Origin: Prochlorococcus sp. AG-679-M23 | Lineage (GTDB): Bacteria; Cyanobacteriota; Cyanobacteriia; PCC-6307; Cyanobiaceae | Reading direction: 5' to 3' | Assembly (NCBI GenBank): GCA_003208875.1 | Contig: QCUR01000003.1 | Location: forward strand, 128,001 to 192,000 | DNA: 64,000 nt | Shown here: in pieces, positions 51,490 to 61,941 of the stretch | Layout of the letters: every line of letters starts with the position of its first letter | Numbering within the stretch: position 1 is the first letter of the stretch | The notes under the pieces: model-generated | Seen by the model: only the letters and a program-made list of their open reading frames with translations | What the model was told of the DNA's origin: nothing | Databases searched by the model: none | Position numbers and translations under genes: made by a program

Positions 51490-52140
51490 CTAGACTAATA
51501 AACTTAGATCCTCAAAAATAAACTTTTGTATTTCTTCTTCTTGGTTTTTATTTAAGTATTTTATAGATCTTGAATTAAGTATCCAAATATCTTGAGAACC
51601 AATATTAATAAATCTATCCTCATATTCCAACTTCAAAGAATTAGCCTTAAGAGTATTAGGATCAATTTGTTGGCTAGTATATTTTTTACTTAGGAATCCA
51701 TTCCCAGTATCGAAGAATTCTTGAACAAAAATTTCTATGATTATTCCGTGGATTTTTCTATAAACCATATTTATACAATTATTTTTGACACGATATTTAT
51801 CACCCTCACTTTTACCGGAAACCATCATTTCAATTCCACTTTCTGAATCTTTAATTAAATTAAAATTATTTTTCGAGTGAATTTCTTTAAATTCTCTTTT
51901 TACCCTATGGATAGACACTTCGAATAATTGTGAGGATATACTTTTAACTATTTTTTGATCATCAATATTATCTATTTCAGGTTTAAAATCTTTACCTAAA
52001 ACAAAATTACCTTTATAGGTATCATTATTCACGGAGAAAATGCATTTACCTTTATACCCACTAAATTTACTATCCCACGTATATCTTCTTTCATAAGCAT
52101 TTTTAAAAAGTTCTTTGCAGTTTATTTCTGTTAAATTCAT
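51490..52140 (-). CDS. DUF3386-like protein
   Basis: LF..AYE.RYTWD..F.GY and SQLFEV.IHRV motifs. Confidence 0.82.
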   Translation of the reverse strand: MNLTEINCKELFKNAYERRYTWDSKFSGYKGKCIFSVNNDTYKGNFVLGKDFKPEIDNIDDQKIVKSISSQLFEVSIHRVKREFKEIHSKNNFNLIKDSESGIEMMVSGKSEGDKYRVKNNCINMVYRKIHGIIIEIFVQEFFDTGNGFLSKKYTSQQIDPNTLKANSLKLEYEDRFINIGSQDIWILNSRSIKYLNKNQEEEIQKFIFEDLSLLV

Positions 52141-52172
52141 TATTTAATAAGCATGTTTAATAATAATTTTAC

Positions 52173-52208
52173 AAAAAAATCCCCTCTAATTAATAGAGAG
52201 GATTTTTT
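52173..52208 (-). terminator. Intrinsic terminator of pcb
   Basis: AAAAAAATCCCCTCTA / TAGAGAGGATTTTTT hairpin (G-U pair on the minus strand). Confidence 0.8.
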
Positions 52209-52222
52209 CGTAGTTAATTTAA

Positions 52223-53281
52223 CTAATTTTGTGTAATTTTTGCATTCTCCATATTGTCAAAAGCTTGACCAATTTTCTTAAAGTCAAATCCCATAGCTCT
52301 TAGAGCATGCCATAAATGACCTTGTAAAAAGAAGAATCCTAAATAAAAGTGCGTATTTGCAAGCCATGCTCTAGAACTATAAGCTCCAGAACCTAAATCA
52401 ACAGTGTCAGTAAAGTAAGGAGCAAATTCAAATGAAAGCTTTAATGGTTCCCCATAAAGATCAACTGGATAAATAGTAGTATTTGAAGCACACCAGAATG
52501 CTGCTACAAAAGCCATATAAGAAACTCCTACTACTGAGTAAGAGAGGATCGCCTCAGCACCTAGTAATCCTTTACCTTTGAATTCTGTATATTCTCCAAA
52601 TTGTTTTGTGCAAATATGGAAAACCCCTCCAATAATTTCTAAGAAGGCTAAGAACGCATGACCACCCATAATATCTTCCAAGCTATCAATTTTAAGAAAA
52701 TCAAACTGATGATTCCAAATAGCAGCGATATCTAAATTGTAAATTACTTGTCTTGTGGAACCAATCGCAGGATCGTAAATACCATGAATGCGAGCCCATT
52801 CAACAAACATTATTGCTCCAAGTCCTAAGAAAATAAGATGATGACCAAGTATAAAAGTCAATTTATCAGGATCATCCCACTCGAAATCAAATTTTTGAGG
52901 CTTACTATTTTCTGGATAATCTCCAAGATCACCTGCAAATTTGTTGGAATGTAATAATCCACCAGCACCTAATACTGCTGAGAAGATTAGATGCAATGTG
53001 CAAATTACAACAATTCCATATGGTTCTGTAATGACTCCATTCTCAATCCCTCCAATCCCAATGCCAGCGAGGTGAGGCAAAACAATTGCTTTCTGAGCAC
53101 CCATTGGAATACTGGCGTCATAACGAGCTAATTCAAATAATCCAAAAGCCCCTGCCCAGAACATCATTAATCCTGCATGTGCAGCATGAGCAGCTATGAA
53201 TTTACCTGAACGGCCAACAACACCAGAATTACCTGCGTACCAGTCATAGGTAACATCAGTTTTTCCGTAGTTTTGTAACAC
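52223..53281 (-). CDS. pcb: Chlorophyll a/b-binding Pcb antenna protein (IsiA/CP43-like)
   Basis: YDWYAGNS, AAHAAHAGL..FWAG and LQGHLWHALRAMGF motifs; lacks the large CP43 lumenal loop. Confidence 0.95.
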   Translation of the reverse strand: MLQNYGKTDVTYDWYAGNSGVVGRSGKFIAAHAAHAGLMMFWAGAFGLFELARYDASIPMGAQKAIVLPHLAGIGIGGIENGVITEPYGIVVICTLHLIFSAVLGAGGLLHSNKFAGDLGDYPENSKPQKFDFEWDDPDKLTFILGHHLIFLGLGAIMFVEWARIHGIYDPAIGSTRQVIYNLDIAAIWNHQFDFLKIDSLEDIMGGHAFLAFLEIIGGVFHICTKQFGEYTEFKGKGLLGAEAILSYSVVGVSYMAFVAAFWCASNTTIYPVDLYGEPLKLSFEFAPYFTDTVDLGSGAYSSRAWLANTHFYLGFFFLQGHLWHALRAMGFDFKKIGQAFDNMENAKITQN

Positions 53282-53423
53282 TTGATTTAAATAAACAGCA
53301 AATTGAGCTTATTGCTAATTCGAGTGATTTTTACAAGATCTTTACAGGCATTAATCATTTATGTAAAAAAAACATACCATCAGAGAACAAATGTTACAAA
53401 GGAACAGAAATATCTTAAAAGAT

Positions 53424-53948
53424 TTATCCCAGTGAAGGAATTTCGCCTTTTAATTGAGAAGCCCATGTTTCTAGACGAGAGTCTGTTAAATCAGATTCAC
53501 TATCTTCATCAAGTGGTAACCCACAAAAGCTTTCACCCATTACGCTCTTTGACTCATCAAACGTATAAGCAGATTTATCTACATAGCCAACCATTTCGGC
53601 GCCTGCTTTTGTGAAATAACTATGTAATTCTTCCATTGCATCGCAATAGTTTTCTGTATAGGTAGATGAATCCCCTAAACCAAAAATGGCTACCTTTTTT
53701 CCTGACAAACTTAGTTCCCCAATATCCTCTAATATTGAGTCCCAAGCAGTTCCAGACCTTTCCTCATCTGCTCCAGTATTCCATGTAGGAATACCACAAA
53801 TTATTCCATCAAGGCCTTCGAATTCCGAAAGATCATCAACATCGGAAACATCCTTAGGTGATTCTGCTGAAGAAATAAAGTTGTGAAGACGATCAGCTAC
53901 GTCTTCAGTTTTTCCGGTTGTAGTTGCGTAATAAATTCCTACGGTCAT
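53424..53948 (-). CDS. isiB: Flavodoxin
   Basis: YYATTTGKTE, PTWNTG, FGLGDS..Y..NYCDA and GLPLDED motifs. Confidence 0.96.
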   Translation of the reverse strand: MTVGIYYATTTGKTEDVADRLHNFISSAESPKDVSDVDDLSEFEGLDGIICGIPTWNTGADEERSGTAWDSILEDIGELSLSGKKVAIFGLGDSSTYTENYCDAMEELHSYFTKAGAEMVGYVDKSAYTFDESKSVMGESFCGLPLDEDSESDLTDSRLETWASQLKGEIPSLG

Positions 53949-54088
53949 AACTTCAAAATGTTTACATTAAAATAATAAAATTAAAATACGATAAATTAAT
54001 TTTTATAAAAACTTTTTCATGTATATTTTTATACAAATTAACGTAAAAAAATCTGTCCCTAGCAATCTAACTTGAACAGTATCTAATA

Positions 54089-54823
54089 ATGCTAAGTAAT
54101 AATCAAAAAACTAATCTCAATAAGCTGATTAAAGATTTTAATTTTTCAAGTTCAAAAAAATATAAATTAATTGTTTTATTGGGCCTGCTGGGTGATTTTG
54201 ATAGTTTTGAATACGCAATAAATTTGAAAAATTTTATAAACAATACTCAAAATAAGGATATAGATATTTTTGCAATCGCAATTGGTAACAAAATCGGTAA
54301 AGACAAATTTTGCAAATTTACAGGATTTCCTAATAAGAATTTAGAAGTAGTTTACGATAATAAAATTCACGAGGACCTTAAGGTTTCAAAAGGTATTGAT
54401 ATTGGACTGGGAGGTTGGATGAATATGTTGATAATGTTATCAGGAATATACTCTTTAAAAACGATTAAAGAGGTCATTAGAGGTTATACCGGTGATAGAA
54501 ATTCAAAACAAATTTTTTCTGACGAGGATCAAATAAATCTTTTCAATTTAATAAAATTTTCTGGAGTGTTCTTCAAATATACATGTGGTGATGGTTATTT
54601 AAGGCCTTTTGAATTGGCTACTTACAGATTAAATAACATGTTGGAAATTCTTCAAAACTGGAATGATTACATTCTTGATAATAAGTATCTTCCTCAAAGG
54701 GGGGCTTCCTTTCTATTAGATGATAAAGACCAAATTATTTACAACTATTTTTCCAATGATGTGCTTGGGTATTCTTCTAAAATGGAAGATCCCTTAGCGT
54801 TTTTATCTGAGAAATGTAAATAA
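54089..54823 (+). CDS. AhpC/TSA-like (peroxiredoxin-like) protein
   Basis: LGDFDSFEY, FC.FTGFP, RPFELAT.RL.NM and QRGA.F motifs. Confidence 0.8.
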   Translation: MLSNNQKTNLNKLIKDFNFSSSKKYKLIVLLGLLGDFDSFEYAINLKNFINNTQNKDIDIFAIAIGNKIGKDKFCKFTGFPNKNLEVVYDNKIHEDLKVSKGIDIGLGGWMNMLIMLSGIYSLKTIKEVIRGYTGDRNSKQIFSDEDQINLFNLIKFSGVFFKYTCGDGYLRPFELATYRLNNMLEILQNWNDYILDNKYLPQRGASFLLDDKDQIIYNYFSNDVLGYSSKMEDPLAFLSEKCK

Positions 54824-55095
54824 TGAATTCTTTAAATATCGAGTTTTTCGGATACATTGCTGCAATCTTAACTACAGCTGCTTTTCTACCACAGTTAATT
54901 AAAACGTTAAAGACGAAAAAAGCTGAAGATGTCTCTTTAGTTACTTTAATAATGTTTATATGCGGTGTTTTGTCTTGGATTATTTATGGATATAGAATCT
55001 CCTCATTACCAATTTTAATAGCAAACATTATCACTTTAATACTTAATTTATTTATTTTAATTTCAAAAATATATTATTCCCGAGATATTAGATAG
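54823..55095 (+). CDS. SemiSWEET/PQ-loop family transporter
   Basis: AAILTT.AFLPQ..KT...K...DVS; three TM segments. Confidence 0.88.
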   Translation: MNSLNIEFFGYIAAILTTAAFLPQLIKTLKTKKAEDVSLVTLIMFICGVLSWIIYGYRISSLPILIANIITLILNLFILISKIYYSRDIR

Positions 55096-55180
55096 TGATA
55101 ATTAGTTAATCTAAAAGTATTAATTTGCCCGTAAAACATTTAAATAAAGCCTAATATAAATCAAATAACAAATTTAAGTC

Positions 55181-55405
55181 TTGAAATCTTCTAAATGCTG
55201 GGTTTGGTTTAAAGGAAGCCTCAATGAAGGGGGATATTGGAAAGAGGGTTTTAGTTGCACCTTTGATGAAAAGCCTGGAATACTAATAGAAAGCCCATCA
55301 TACGTAACATGTAGAGTTCCAAATTGGCGTGTCCTTACAAAAGAACCTGAAGATTTAAAAAAAACACCTTTGATTCCAGAAAATGCAATTTGGAAAATAA
55401 TTTAA
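55181..55405 (+). CDS. Conserved hypothetical protein
   Basis: CWVWF.G.....GYW..GF...CRVP.WRV pattern. Confidence 0.7.
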   Translation: MKSSKCWVWFKGSLNEGGYWKEGFSCTFDEKPGILIESPSYVTCRVPNWRVLTKEPEDLKKTPLIPENAIWKII

Positions 55406-55513
55406 ATTAAATAAAAAATATATATTCATCACATAACTCCTAAAAAGGTAGGATTATTTTATTAAAAATAAATTAATACTATTTACGATCTTTTTATAAA
55501 TATTATTCCTTTC

Positions 55514-56392
55514 TTGATTTTAGGTTTTTTTATTGGAAAAAGAAAACCTAAACTATCAGAACTTATCGCTTTACCCCTAATTAAGTATGGTATTCCGTTG
55601 AGTGTAATGGGCCTCTTATTAAAAGAAGGAATTGATCTAGATTTAATTAAAACTGCTTTAATTGCTTTTCTATCAATTGGATTTTTAATAGTTCTTATTA
55701 ATTATTTATCAATATTTAAAACAAGACTACCTAATTACTCTTTACAATTAGCTGGTTTAATAGGTAACACTTCATTTCTAGGGATCCCAATTGCATTAGC
55801 CCTCCTTCCCACAAGTACTATTAATTTTACGATAGGATTCGATTTAGGAACAACTCTATTTGCTTGGATATTTGGGCCTTTCTTTCTAAAAAAGAGGATA
55901 AACACTAATACAAATCTTAATTTCAATGAACTTTTAAAAGCAATACTAAATAGCCCTGCCTCAAGAGGAATAGTAGGTGTACTGATTGCATATCTTTTAG
56001 GGTTGGAAAATGTTTTAGGAGATTATTTGTGGATCCCAGCAAGAATAGTAATAGTTCTAGCGATAGTTGTTGTTGGAACAAGATTAGGAATAATCACAAA
56101 TAGCAAAACTAAATTTTTTAATTTGAATAAAGGGATTAAATATTCAATAATTTTAAAATTATTAATTTTCCCTCTATTTATATTTGTTTTTAGCAAGATC
56201 TTGGGCTTTAACTTAAACGAGACTTCAGCGGTGGTTCTTCAGGCAGGAACACCCTCAGCTGTATCAACAATCTTGATGGCTGAGGCTTATAAAACAAATC
56301 AAAAGATTGCAGCTACAATTCTTTTTACAACAACATTAATTTCAATTATTACGATTCCTATTCTGGCAAATATAATAAATTTTTCTAAATAA
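55514..56392 (+). CDS. AEC (auxin efflux carrier) family permease
   Basis: GNTSFLGIP, LKL.I.P and LQA..P.A motifs; many TMs; start may lie upstream. Confidence 0.88.
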   Translation: MILGFFIGKRKPKLSELIALPLIKYGIPLSVMGLLLKEGIDLDLIKTALIAFLSIGFLIVLINYLSIFKTRLPNYSLQLAGLIGNTSFLGIPIALALLPTSTINFTIGFDLGTTLFAWIFGPFFLKKRINTNTNLNFNELLKAILNSPASRGIVGVLIAYLLGLENVLGDYLWIPARIVIVLAIVVVGTRLGIITNSKTKFFNLNKGIKYSIILKLLIFPLFIFVFSKILGFNLNETSAVVLQAGTPSAVSTILMAEAYKTNQKIAATILFTTTLISIITIPILANIINFSK

Positions 56393-56505
56393 ACTCAGAA
56401 ATAACCCCTTTAAACAAGAATATATATATTCATCTAAACAACATATTTGCTGATAATTGTAAATAATATATCCGGATATTTACATAATGTCTTAAGATTT
56501 ATAGT

Positions 56506-56757
56506 ATGAAGTCAGTAAATCCTAAAAATGAATATATCCCTCTAGATCTTAAAATCTCCGTAAGAAGAGATACTTTACGACTCATTTCAGAAATGGCTCG
56601 TGATATGGGGATTAGTATCAATGAGGTTTTTAGTTTTTTGGCGGAGGATTCGGTCATAGATTTAGAATTATTAGATAATTTAAATAATGTCGAAATTCCA
56701 AATAAATGTAGTTTGGATGACCTAAAGAATGAAATGCTTAAAAAAAAGCTTTATTAA
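56506..56757 (+). CDS. Small protein with possible ribbon-helix-helix-like region
   Basis: LKISVRRDTLRLISEMARDMGISINEVF. Confidence 0.6.
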   Translation: MKSVNPKNEYIPLDLKISVRRDTLRLISEMARDMGISINEVFSFLAEDSVIDLELLDNLNNVEIPNKCSLDDLKNEMLKKKLY

Positions 56758-58559
56758 AATTTTTCCACTTTTTTATTTCTCCAGTTAGCTTCAAAACCAT
56801 TAATTAGTAAATTAGTTGCTTGATCATTTAAATCACTTTTTTTGATCCTCCATAGATTATAAATTCCATAAAAACCTAGTTTTTGATGACTAATATTTGA
56901 CCAATGTTCTTCAATAGATGAATATTTATCTATAACAACCAAAAAGGTTTCCTTATCGTAATTAGGTTTATCTTGAAAATTAATCCTTCTATCAAAAGTT
57001 AATCTTTCGGATAAATTAATTACTCCTTCTGCATTTCTAGATTCATAAAAAACTATCTGTTTTGAGTAGAAATGTAATGATGGTTTTCTTATTCCAATCA
57101 TTGCAAGAGTTTCACCACCCTGTCGAGAATTTAAAATTTGTTTTGAGATATTACGTAAAGGTAATTGTCTAGATGTATCTCCTAATTTCCTAATTGGAGG
57201 CATCAAAACAGTTTGTCCCAGCAATAGTAATAATTGAAGATAAAGAAAAGTATTTTGGGATCTCAAAACAAATAAAACAATTCCAACGAAAGCAAAAGCA
57301 AAGAAAAACAATCTTGCTTTAAGAATTATTCCGGTACTCAATAAGTTTGACGCAAGATTTGGCATTTCAGGATCATTTATTGTGTTCAACCAAATATTTG
57401 ATAAAAAGAATGCTATTGATAACCCAAGCAGGATAAAAAGATTAATAATCCACAAAAAGGAAAAGGCTTTTTTTTGATTTTGAAGCTTCGTATAACTATT
57501 GCTTGTCAGAATTGCTGCAGCTGGGATAGCAGGAAGCCAGTAGCTTGGAAGTTTTGTTGCAGAAATACTAAAAAAAATAAAAACAGAACCCAGCCAACAT
57601 AAACAATAAATAAATAAGCTTTCTGAAGGGATGCAACCTTTTTTTAAACTAGTTTTCAAGTCTTTAAAAGCCTCAAATATTCCGTGAAATAAAAGAGGAG
57701 TAAATGGTAATGATCCTATAACCATTATGTATAAAAAGAACCAAATAGGTTCTGCATGATTATTAACTACTGATGTATATCTCTGAAAATTGTGATAGCC
57801 AAAAAAACTATCCCAAAAAGGTTTACCTTCCTTTATTAACTCTAAAACGTACCAGGGCAAGCTTAACAAAACTGTAATTAATAAACCTCTTTTAGGTTTT
57901 ATTTTGTCAAGTAAATCCCTCCAATCCTTTTGAATGGATAAAAAAGATGAAATAGTCAATGCAGCAAGGACAAAAGCTACTGGTCCTTTGGTTAAAATTG
58001 CAAGCCCCAAAAAAAACCATGGAGAGATACAATTTTCTTTTTTATTACTAGCCATTCTTCTCCAAAATAAAAGAAGGCTTATTCCTAAATTCCCGCATAA
58101 GAGTGCATCACTTACCGCAGTTCTGCTCCAAATAATTATTAGTGGAGACAAGGCAAAGCTCAAAGATGCCACTATCGGCGTAGCTAATTTTCTCTCACCT
58201 TTTTGAGGCCAACAATATATTGTATCTCCAATCATTAGCATCAAAAACAATGAAGCCAATGCCGAAGGAAGTCTTGCTGATATTGTTCCAAGGCTATCCC
58301 ATACCTCGTTTTTCGGTAAGGAATAGAACAAGCCCATTAGCCAATAAATAAGTGGTGGTTTATCAAATCGGAAAATACCATTTACTTTTGGGGTTAACCA
58401 ATCGCCAGATTCACTCATTGCCTTCCCCGCAGCAGCAAAAAGGGGAGGAGTTTCATCTACCAATCCTGTAAAACCTAAACCTAAAAGAAAAATTATTATT
58501 CCAAAAAACAAAACTACTAAAAAAGTTAGAAGCCTTTCTTTAGATTTAAAAAAAATCAT
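56754..58559 (-). CDS. ArnT/PMT-type (GT-C) glycosyltransferase
   Basis: DE..., M..SGDWLTP..NG..RFDKPPL.YW, ARLPSA, LTKGP and KLPSY motifs. Confidence 0.92.
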   Translation of the reverse strand: MIFFKSKERLLTFLVVLFFGIIIFLLGLGFTGLVDETPPLFAAAGKAMSESGDWLTPKVNGIFRFDKPPLIYWLMGLFYSLPKNEVWDSLGTISARLPSALASLFLMLMIGDTIYCWPQKGERKLATPIVASLSFALSPLIIIWSRTAVSDALLCGNLGISLLLFWRRMASNKKENCISPWFFLGLAILTKGPVAFVLAALTISSFLSIQKDWRDLLDKIKPKRGLLITVLLSLPWYVLELIKEGKPFWDSFFGYHNFQRYTSVVNNHAEPIWFFLYIMVIGSLPFTPLLFHGIFEAFKDLKTSLKKGCIPSESLFIYCLCWLGSVFIFFSISATKLPSYWLPAIPAAAILTSNSYTKLQNQKKAFSFLWIINLFILLGLSIAFFLSNIWLNTINDPEMPNLASNLLSTGIILKARLFFFAFAFVGIVLFVLRSQNTFLYLQLLLLLGQTVLMPPIRKLGDTSRQLPLRNISKQILNSRQGGETLAMIGIRKPSLHFYSKQIVFYESRNAEGVINLSERLTFDRRINFQDKPNYDKETFLVVIDKYSSIEEHWSNISHQKLGFYGIYNLWRIKKSDLNDQATNLLINGFEANWRNKKVEKF

Positions 58560-59650
58560 TTAATATAATTTTGTGTTTGATATTCTTTGATAACCTTATT
58601 AAGCCAAGTCACTACTTTATCAGCAAATATATTTGAAGAAGCATTACTATCTACCCATTCTCTACAATTTTTTCGGTCAATCTTATTAATGATTTTTATG
58701 TAATTAAGTAGGCCTTGCTTATCATCAGGTTTTGCTAGGTAACCAGTTTTTCCATGCTGAATAATTTCACTTGGCCCTCCCCTTTTATATGCGACAACAG
58801 GTACTCCACAAGCTAATGCTTCAACTACTACATTTCCATAAGCTTCGTTCCATTTGGGAGTATTAAGTAAAGCTCTACAAGTTCCAAGTTCTTTCTGTAA
58901 CTTATCAGTTTCTACAAAACCTTTCCATTCTAAAATCCCTGGAGAGAATAACTTTTCAATTTTTAATGCATATGATTCATCTTGAACAATTCCCCAAACA
59001 TTAAGTTTTTCGCCAAGAGCATTAGCCACATATGCTGCATCCTCTAAACCTTTTTCAGGTGCTACTCTTCCTACCCAACCCAGAGGACCATTTTTACAAT
59101 CTTGAAATACATAATTACCTAAATTAAATCCGTTGCCAATAATAATTGGATTTTCAATAAAAGGATAATCAGATGCTTGTATCTTTGAGTGAAAAGCAAA
59201 GTTATTAGGAAATTTGGAATAAACTTTTGAAATTAAATTACTTATAACAAAACTTTCAGAACCCATACTAATAATATGAGCAATTGGAATGTCCATATTT
59301 AGAGTCATCCAAATTGGTAGCCAATCATAAGAAAAATTCAAAATAATATCTGCTTTCTTTCCTATATCTATTGCCTTTTCAATCATTCCTGATAAAAGGG
59401 AATCATCAGGAATACTTACCGACGAATAATAATCTTGGTGTTGCCAACTTTTTTGCTCTTTTCCCTCCACAAAATGTAATTTTGCTTTTTTACTAACTTC
59501 AAATAATTTAGATTTATTTGGGGCCACTACGTCAACTGTATGACCTTTTACAATCAAGCCAGAAACTAAAGAGTTTAGAGTAAGCTCTACTCCTCCACCT
59601 TTACCACTGCCTAAAAAACCAATAGGAGTACTAATTAAAACTATATGCAT
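58556..59650 (-). CDS. Glycosyltransferase family 4
   Basis: GGGVE, GRVAPEKG and EAYGNVVVEALACGVPV motifs. Confidence 0.93.
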   Translation of the reverse strand: MHIVLISTPIGFLGSGKGGGVELTLNSLVSGLIVKGHTVDVVAPNKSKLFEVSKKAKLHFVEGKEQKSWQHQDYYSSVSIPDDSLLSGMIEKAIDIGKKADIILNFSYDWLPIWMTLNMDIPIAHIISMGSESFVISNLISKVYSKFPNNFAFHSKIQASDYPFIENPIIIGNGFNLGNYVFQDCKNGPLGWVGRVAPEKGLEDAAYVANALGEKLNVWGIVQDESYALKIEKLFSPGILEWKGFVETDKLQKELGTCRALLNTPKWNEAYGNVVVEALACGVPVVAYKRGGPSEIIQHGKTGYLAKPDDKQGLLNYIKIINKIDRKNCREWVDSNASSNIFADKVVTWLNKVIKEYQTQNYIK

Positions 59651-59679
59651 TCTTTAAAAATTATTTTCCTATTGACTTA

Positions 59680-60621
59680 CTAAATATTAGTCTTAGTATT
59701 TGAAAATTCCCATATAGACTTTCTCTGGCTGACAAAGAAAACTGATATTAGGACAAAACCCACTCCTATCCATTGAATGATTGTTAATCTTTCATTAAGG
59801 TAAATACCACCACTAAGGAGCGCAAATATTGGTGTTAAAAAGGCAAGAGTGCTAAATCCTGTTATTTCTTTATTATTTGCAAAATAGAAAAATAAACCAT
59901 ATGCCAAAGCGCCTCCAAAGATACTTGCAAATGACATAAGTCCCCAATCAAATATGGACCAATTTGGTATCAATTGAAAATTTGTTTGTAAGCAATGTTT
60001 AAGAATAAGAGGAACACTCCCAAAAACCATGTGCCATCCAGTTACTGCAACTGGATCACTTTTAGTACATGTGAATCTTATCAAAATTGTTCCAAGTGCC
60101 ATTGCTAGAGAGGCTCCAAGCATCCATAATTCTCCAACATTAAATGCAATATCACTAATACTCTTATCAGACATTAACCACCAACTTTCCAAAAGTTCTT
60201 TTGGAACTCCTAAAAAAACTATTCCACCTAAGCCAAAAAGTAGCCCTAACCATCCAATTGGATTAATTAAATTACCAAAAATCGCTCTTGCCAAGATTGC
60301 TACCATCAAAGGTTGAGAATCAATCAACACAGAGCCGAGCCCTGCACCTGTCTTAGATATCCCATATGTTAAAAATAATTGAAAAAAAGTTGCGTCTATG
60401 ATTGTAAAAACCAAAAACCATTTCAAATCACACTTATAAATTTTTAAATCTCGTTTAAATAAATATGTTGTAATAAGAACAAGAATTCCGGCAGGTAGAA
60501 GTCTTAATGAAGCGACAAAATCTGGACCAGCACTAGATACTAGAGGGGTCATGGCTGCCATTGAAGTCCCCCATAGAGCAAAAGGGAGTATCATTAAAAA
60601 CCAATTTAGGATTGAATTCAT
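59680..60621 (-). CDS. EamA/DMT family transporter
   Basis: LWGT, LRLLPAG, SQP and L.P...E motifs; about 10 TMs. Confidence 0.92.
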   Translation of the reverse strand: MNSILNWFLMILPFALWGTSMAAMTPLVSSAGPDFVASLRLLPAGILVLITTYLFKRDLKIYKCDLKWFLVFTIIDATFFQLFLTYGISKTGAGLGSVLIDSQPLMVAILARAIFGNLINPIGWLGLLFGLGGIVFLGVPKELLESWWLMSDKSISDIAFNVGELWMLGASLAMALGTILIRFTCTKSDPVAVTGWHMVFGSVPLILKHCLQTNFQLIPNWSIFDWGLMSFASIFGGALAYGLFFYFANNKEITGFSTLAFLTPIFALLSGGIYLNERLTIIQWIGVGFVLISVFFVSQRKSIWEFSNTKTNI

Positions 60622-60674
60622 TAGTTCTGCTGATAGTCTTTTTAAAGTAGATTTATGATTTGTACCTTAAAAGA

Positions 60675-61484
60675 ATGATTTGGCCTTTTAGACGTAAGTC
60701 AAAAAAAAGAATGGCTCGTATAGTAATTGATGAGCCAATTACAAGTTCAACAAGAGTTTCTGTCCTTAAAGCTCTAAAACAAATTGAGGATAGAGAATTC
60801 CCTGCATTAATACTTAGGATAGACTCCCCTGGAGGTACCGTCGGCGATAGCCAAGAAATATACTCTGCTATTAAAAGACTAAAAGAGAAAGGTTGTAAAG
60901 TCGTAGCAAGTTTTGGAAACATATCAGCTTCTGGTGGAGTATATATCGGAGTTGCGTCTGACAAAATTGTAGCGAATCCAGGAACTATAACGGGTTCGAT
61001 TGGGGTAATAATCAGAGGAAATAATTTATCTGAACTTTTGAATAAAATTGGTATTAAGTTTGAGACAGTAAAAAGCGGGATTTATAAAGATATTCTTTCA
61101 CCAGATAAGCCTTTAAGTAAGGAAGGAAGGGAACTCTTACAAGGATTGATAGATGAAAGTTACAAACAATTTACAGAGGCTGTATCTGAAGGTAGAAATT
61201 TACTTGTTGAAGAGGTAAAGAAATTTGCTGATGGAAGAATCTTTACTGGAACACAAGCAAAAGATCTAGGATTAGTTGACAAGATTGGAGATGAGTTTGT
61301 TGCAAGGGAGCTTGCAGCAGAGATGGTAAAAATCGATCCAAAAATACAACCAGTTACTTTTGGTAAAAAGAAAAAGAAAATATTAGGACTTATACCAGGG
61401 AGTAGAATTGCAGAGAAAATTATTCAAAATATATTTTTTGAAGTAAATTCATCTAATAAAATACTTTGGTTATATAAACCCTAA
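60675..61484 (+). CDS. sppA: Signal peptide peptidase SppA
   Basis: LRIDSPGG, SASGGVY, TGSIGV, KSG.YKD and ADGR.FTG motifs; ATG at MIWPFRR. Confidence 0.95.
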   Translation: MIWPFRRKSKKRMARIVIDEPITSSTRVSVLKALKQIEDREFPALILRIDSPGGTVGDSQEIYSAIKRLKEKGCKVVASFGNISASGGVYIGVASDKIVANPGTITGSIGVIIRGNNLSELLNKIGIKFETVKSGIYKDILSPDKPLSKEGRELLQGLIDESYKQFTEAVSEGRNLLVEEVKKFADGRIFTGTQAKDLGLVDKIGDEFVARELAAEMVKIDPKIQPVTFGKKKKKILGLIPGSRIAEKIIQNIFFEVNSSNKILWLYKP

Positions 61485-61491
61485 ATCCGAT

Positions 61492-61875
61492 ATGATTGAA
61501 AAATTTGAAGGAAATTACCAATTAACAATCATAAGAGGGGCTACTACTGCAAAAAATAATTCTAAAAAAGAAATCGAGAGTGCTGTAGTTGAATTAATCG
61601 AAGAATTAATTGCAAGAAATAATATTGTTGTAAATAATTTGTTATCGATTACATTTACTGTTACCAATGATTTAGATGCATGTTTTCCTGCTTCCATTGC
61701 AAGAAGATGTAAAAGTCTTGATTCCGTTGCATTCTTAGACTGCCAACAAATGTACGTGCCAAATGATGTTGATTTTTGCATTAGATTAATGGCACAAGTT
61801 TTGTTAACTCCCAATCAATCTGTTAATCATCCTTATTTAAGAGGCGCTTCAAAATTAAGGGCGGATAGATGTTAA
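61492..61875 (+). CDS. aroH: AroH-type chorismate mutase
   Basis: IRGATT, FTVT.DLDACFPA and H.YL.GA..LR.D motifs. Confidence 0.94.
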   Translation: MIEKFEGNYQLTIIRGATTAKNNSKKEIESAVVELIEELIARNNIVVNNLLSITFTVTNDLDACFPASIARRCKSLDSVAFLDCQQMYVPNDVDFCIRLMAQVLLTPNQSVNHPYLRGASKLRADRC

Positions 61876-61941
61876 TCTTATTAAAACAATTTTCTCTAAT
61901 AAATTCGATAGTTAAGTAACTAATTATCTATTTACTTAAAT

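Noticed and set aside
53950..54088. Fur boxes upstream of isiB, futA or pcb
   Set aside because: Expected biologically, but no convincing match stands out from the AT-rich background by eye
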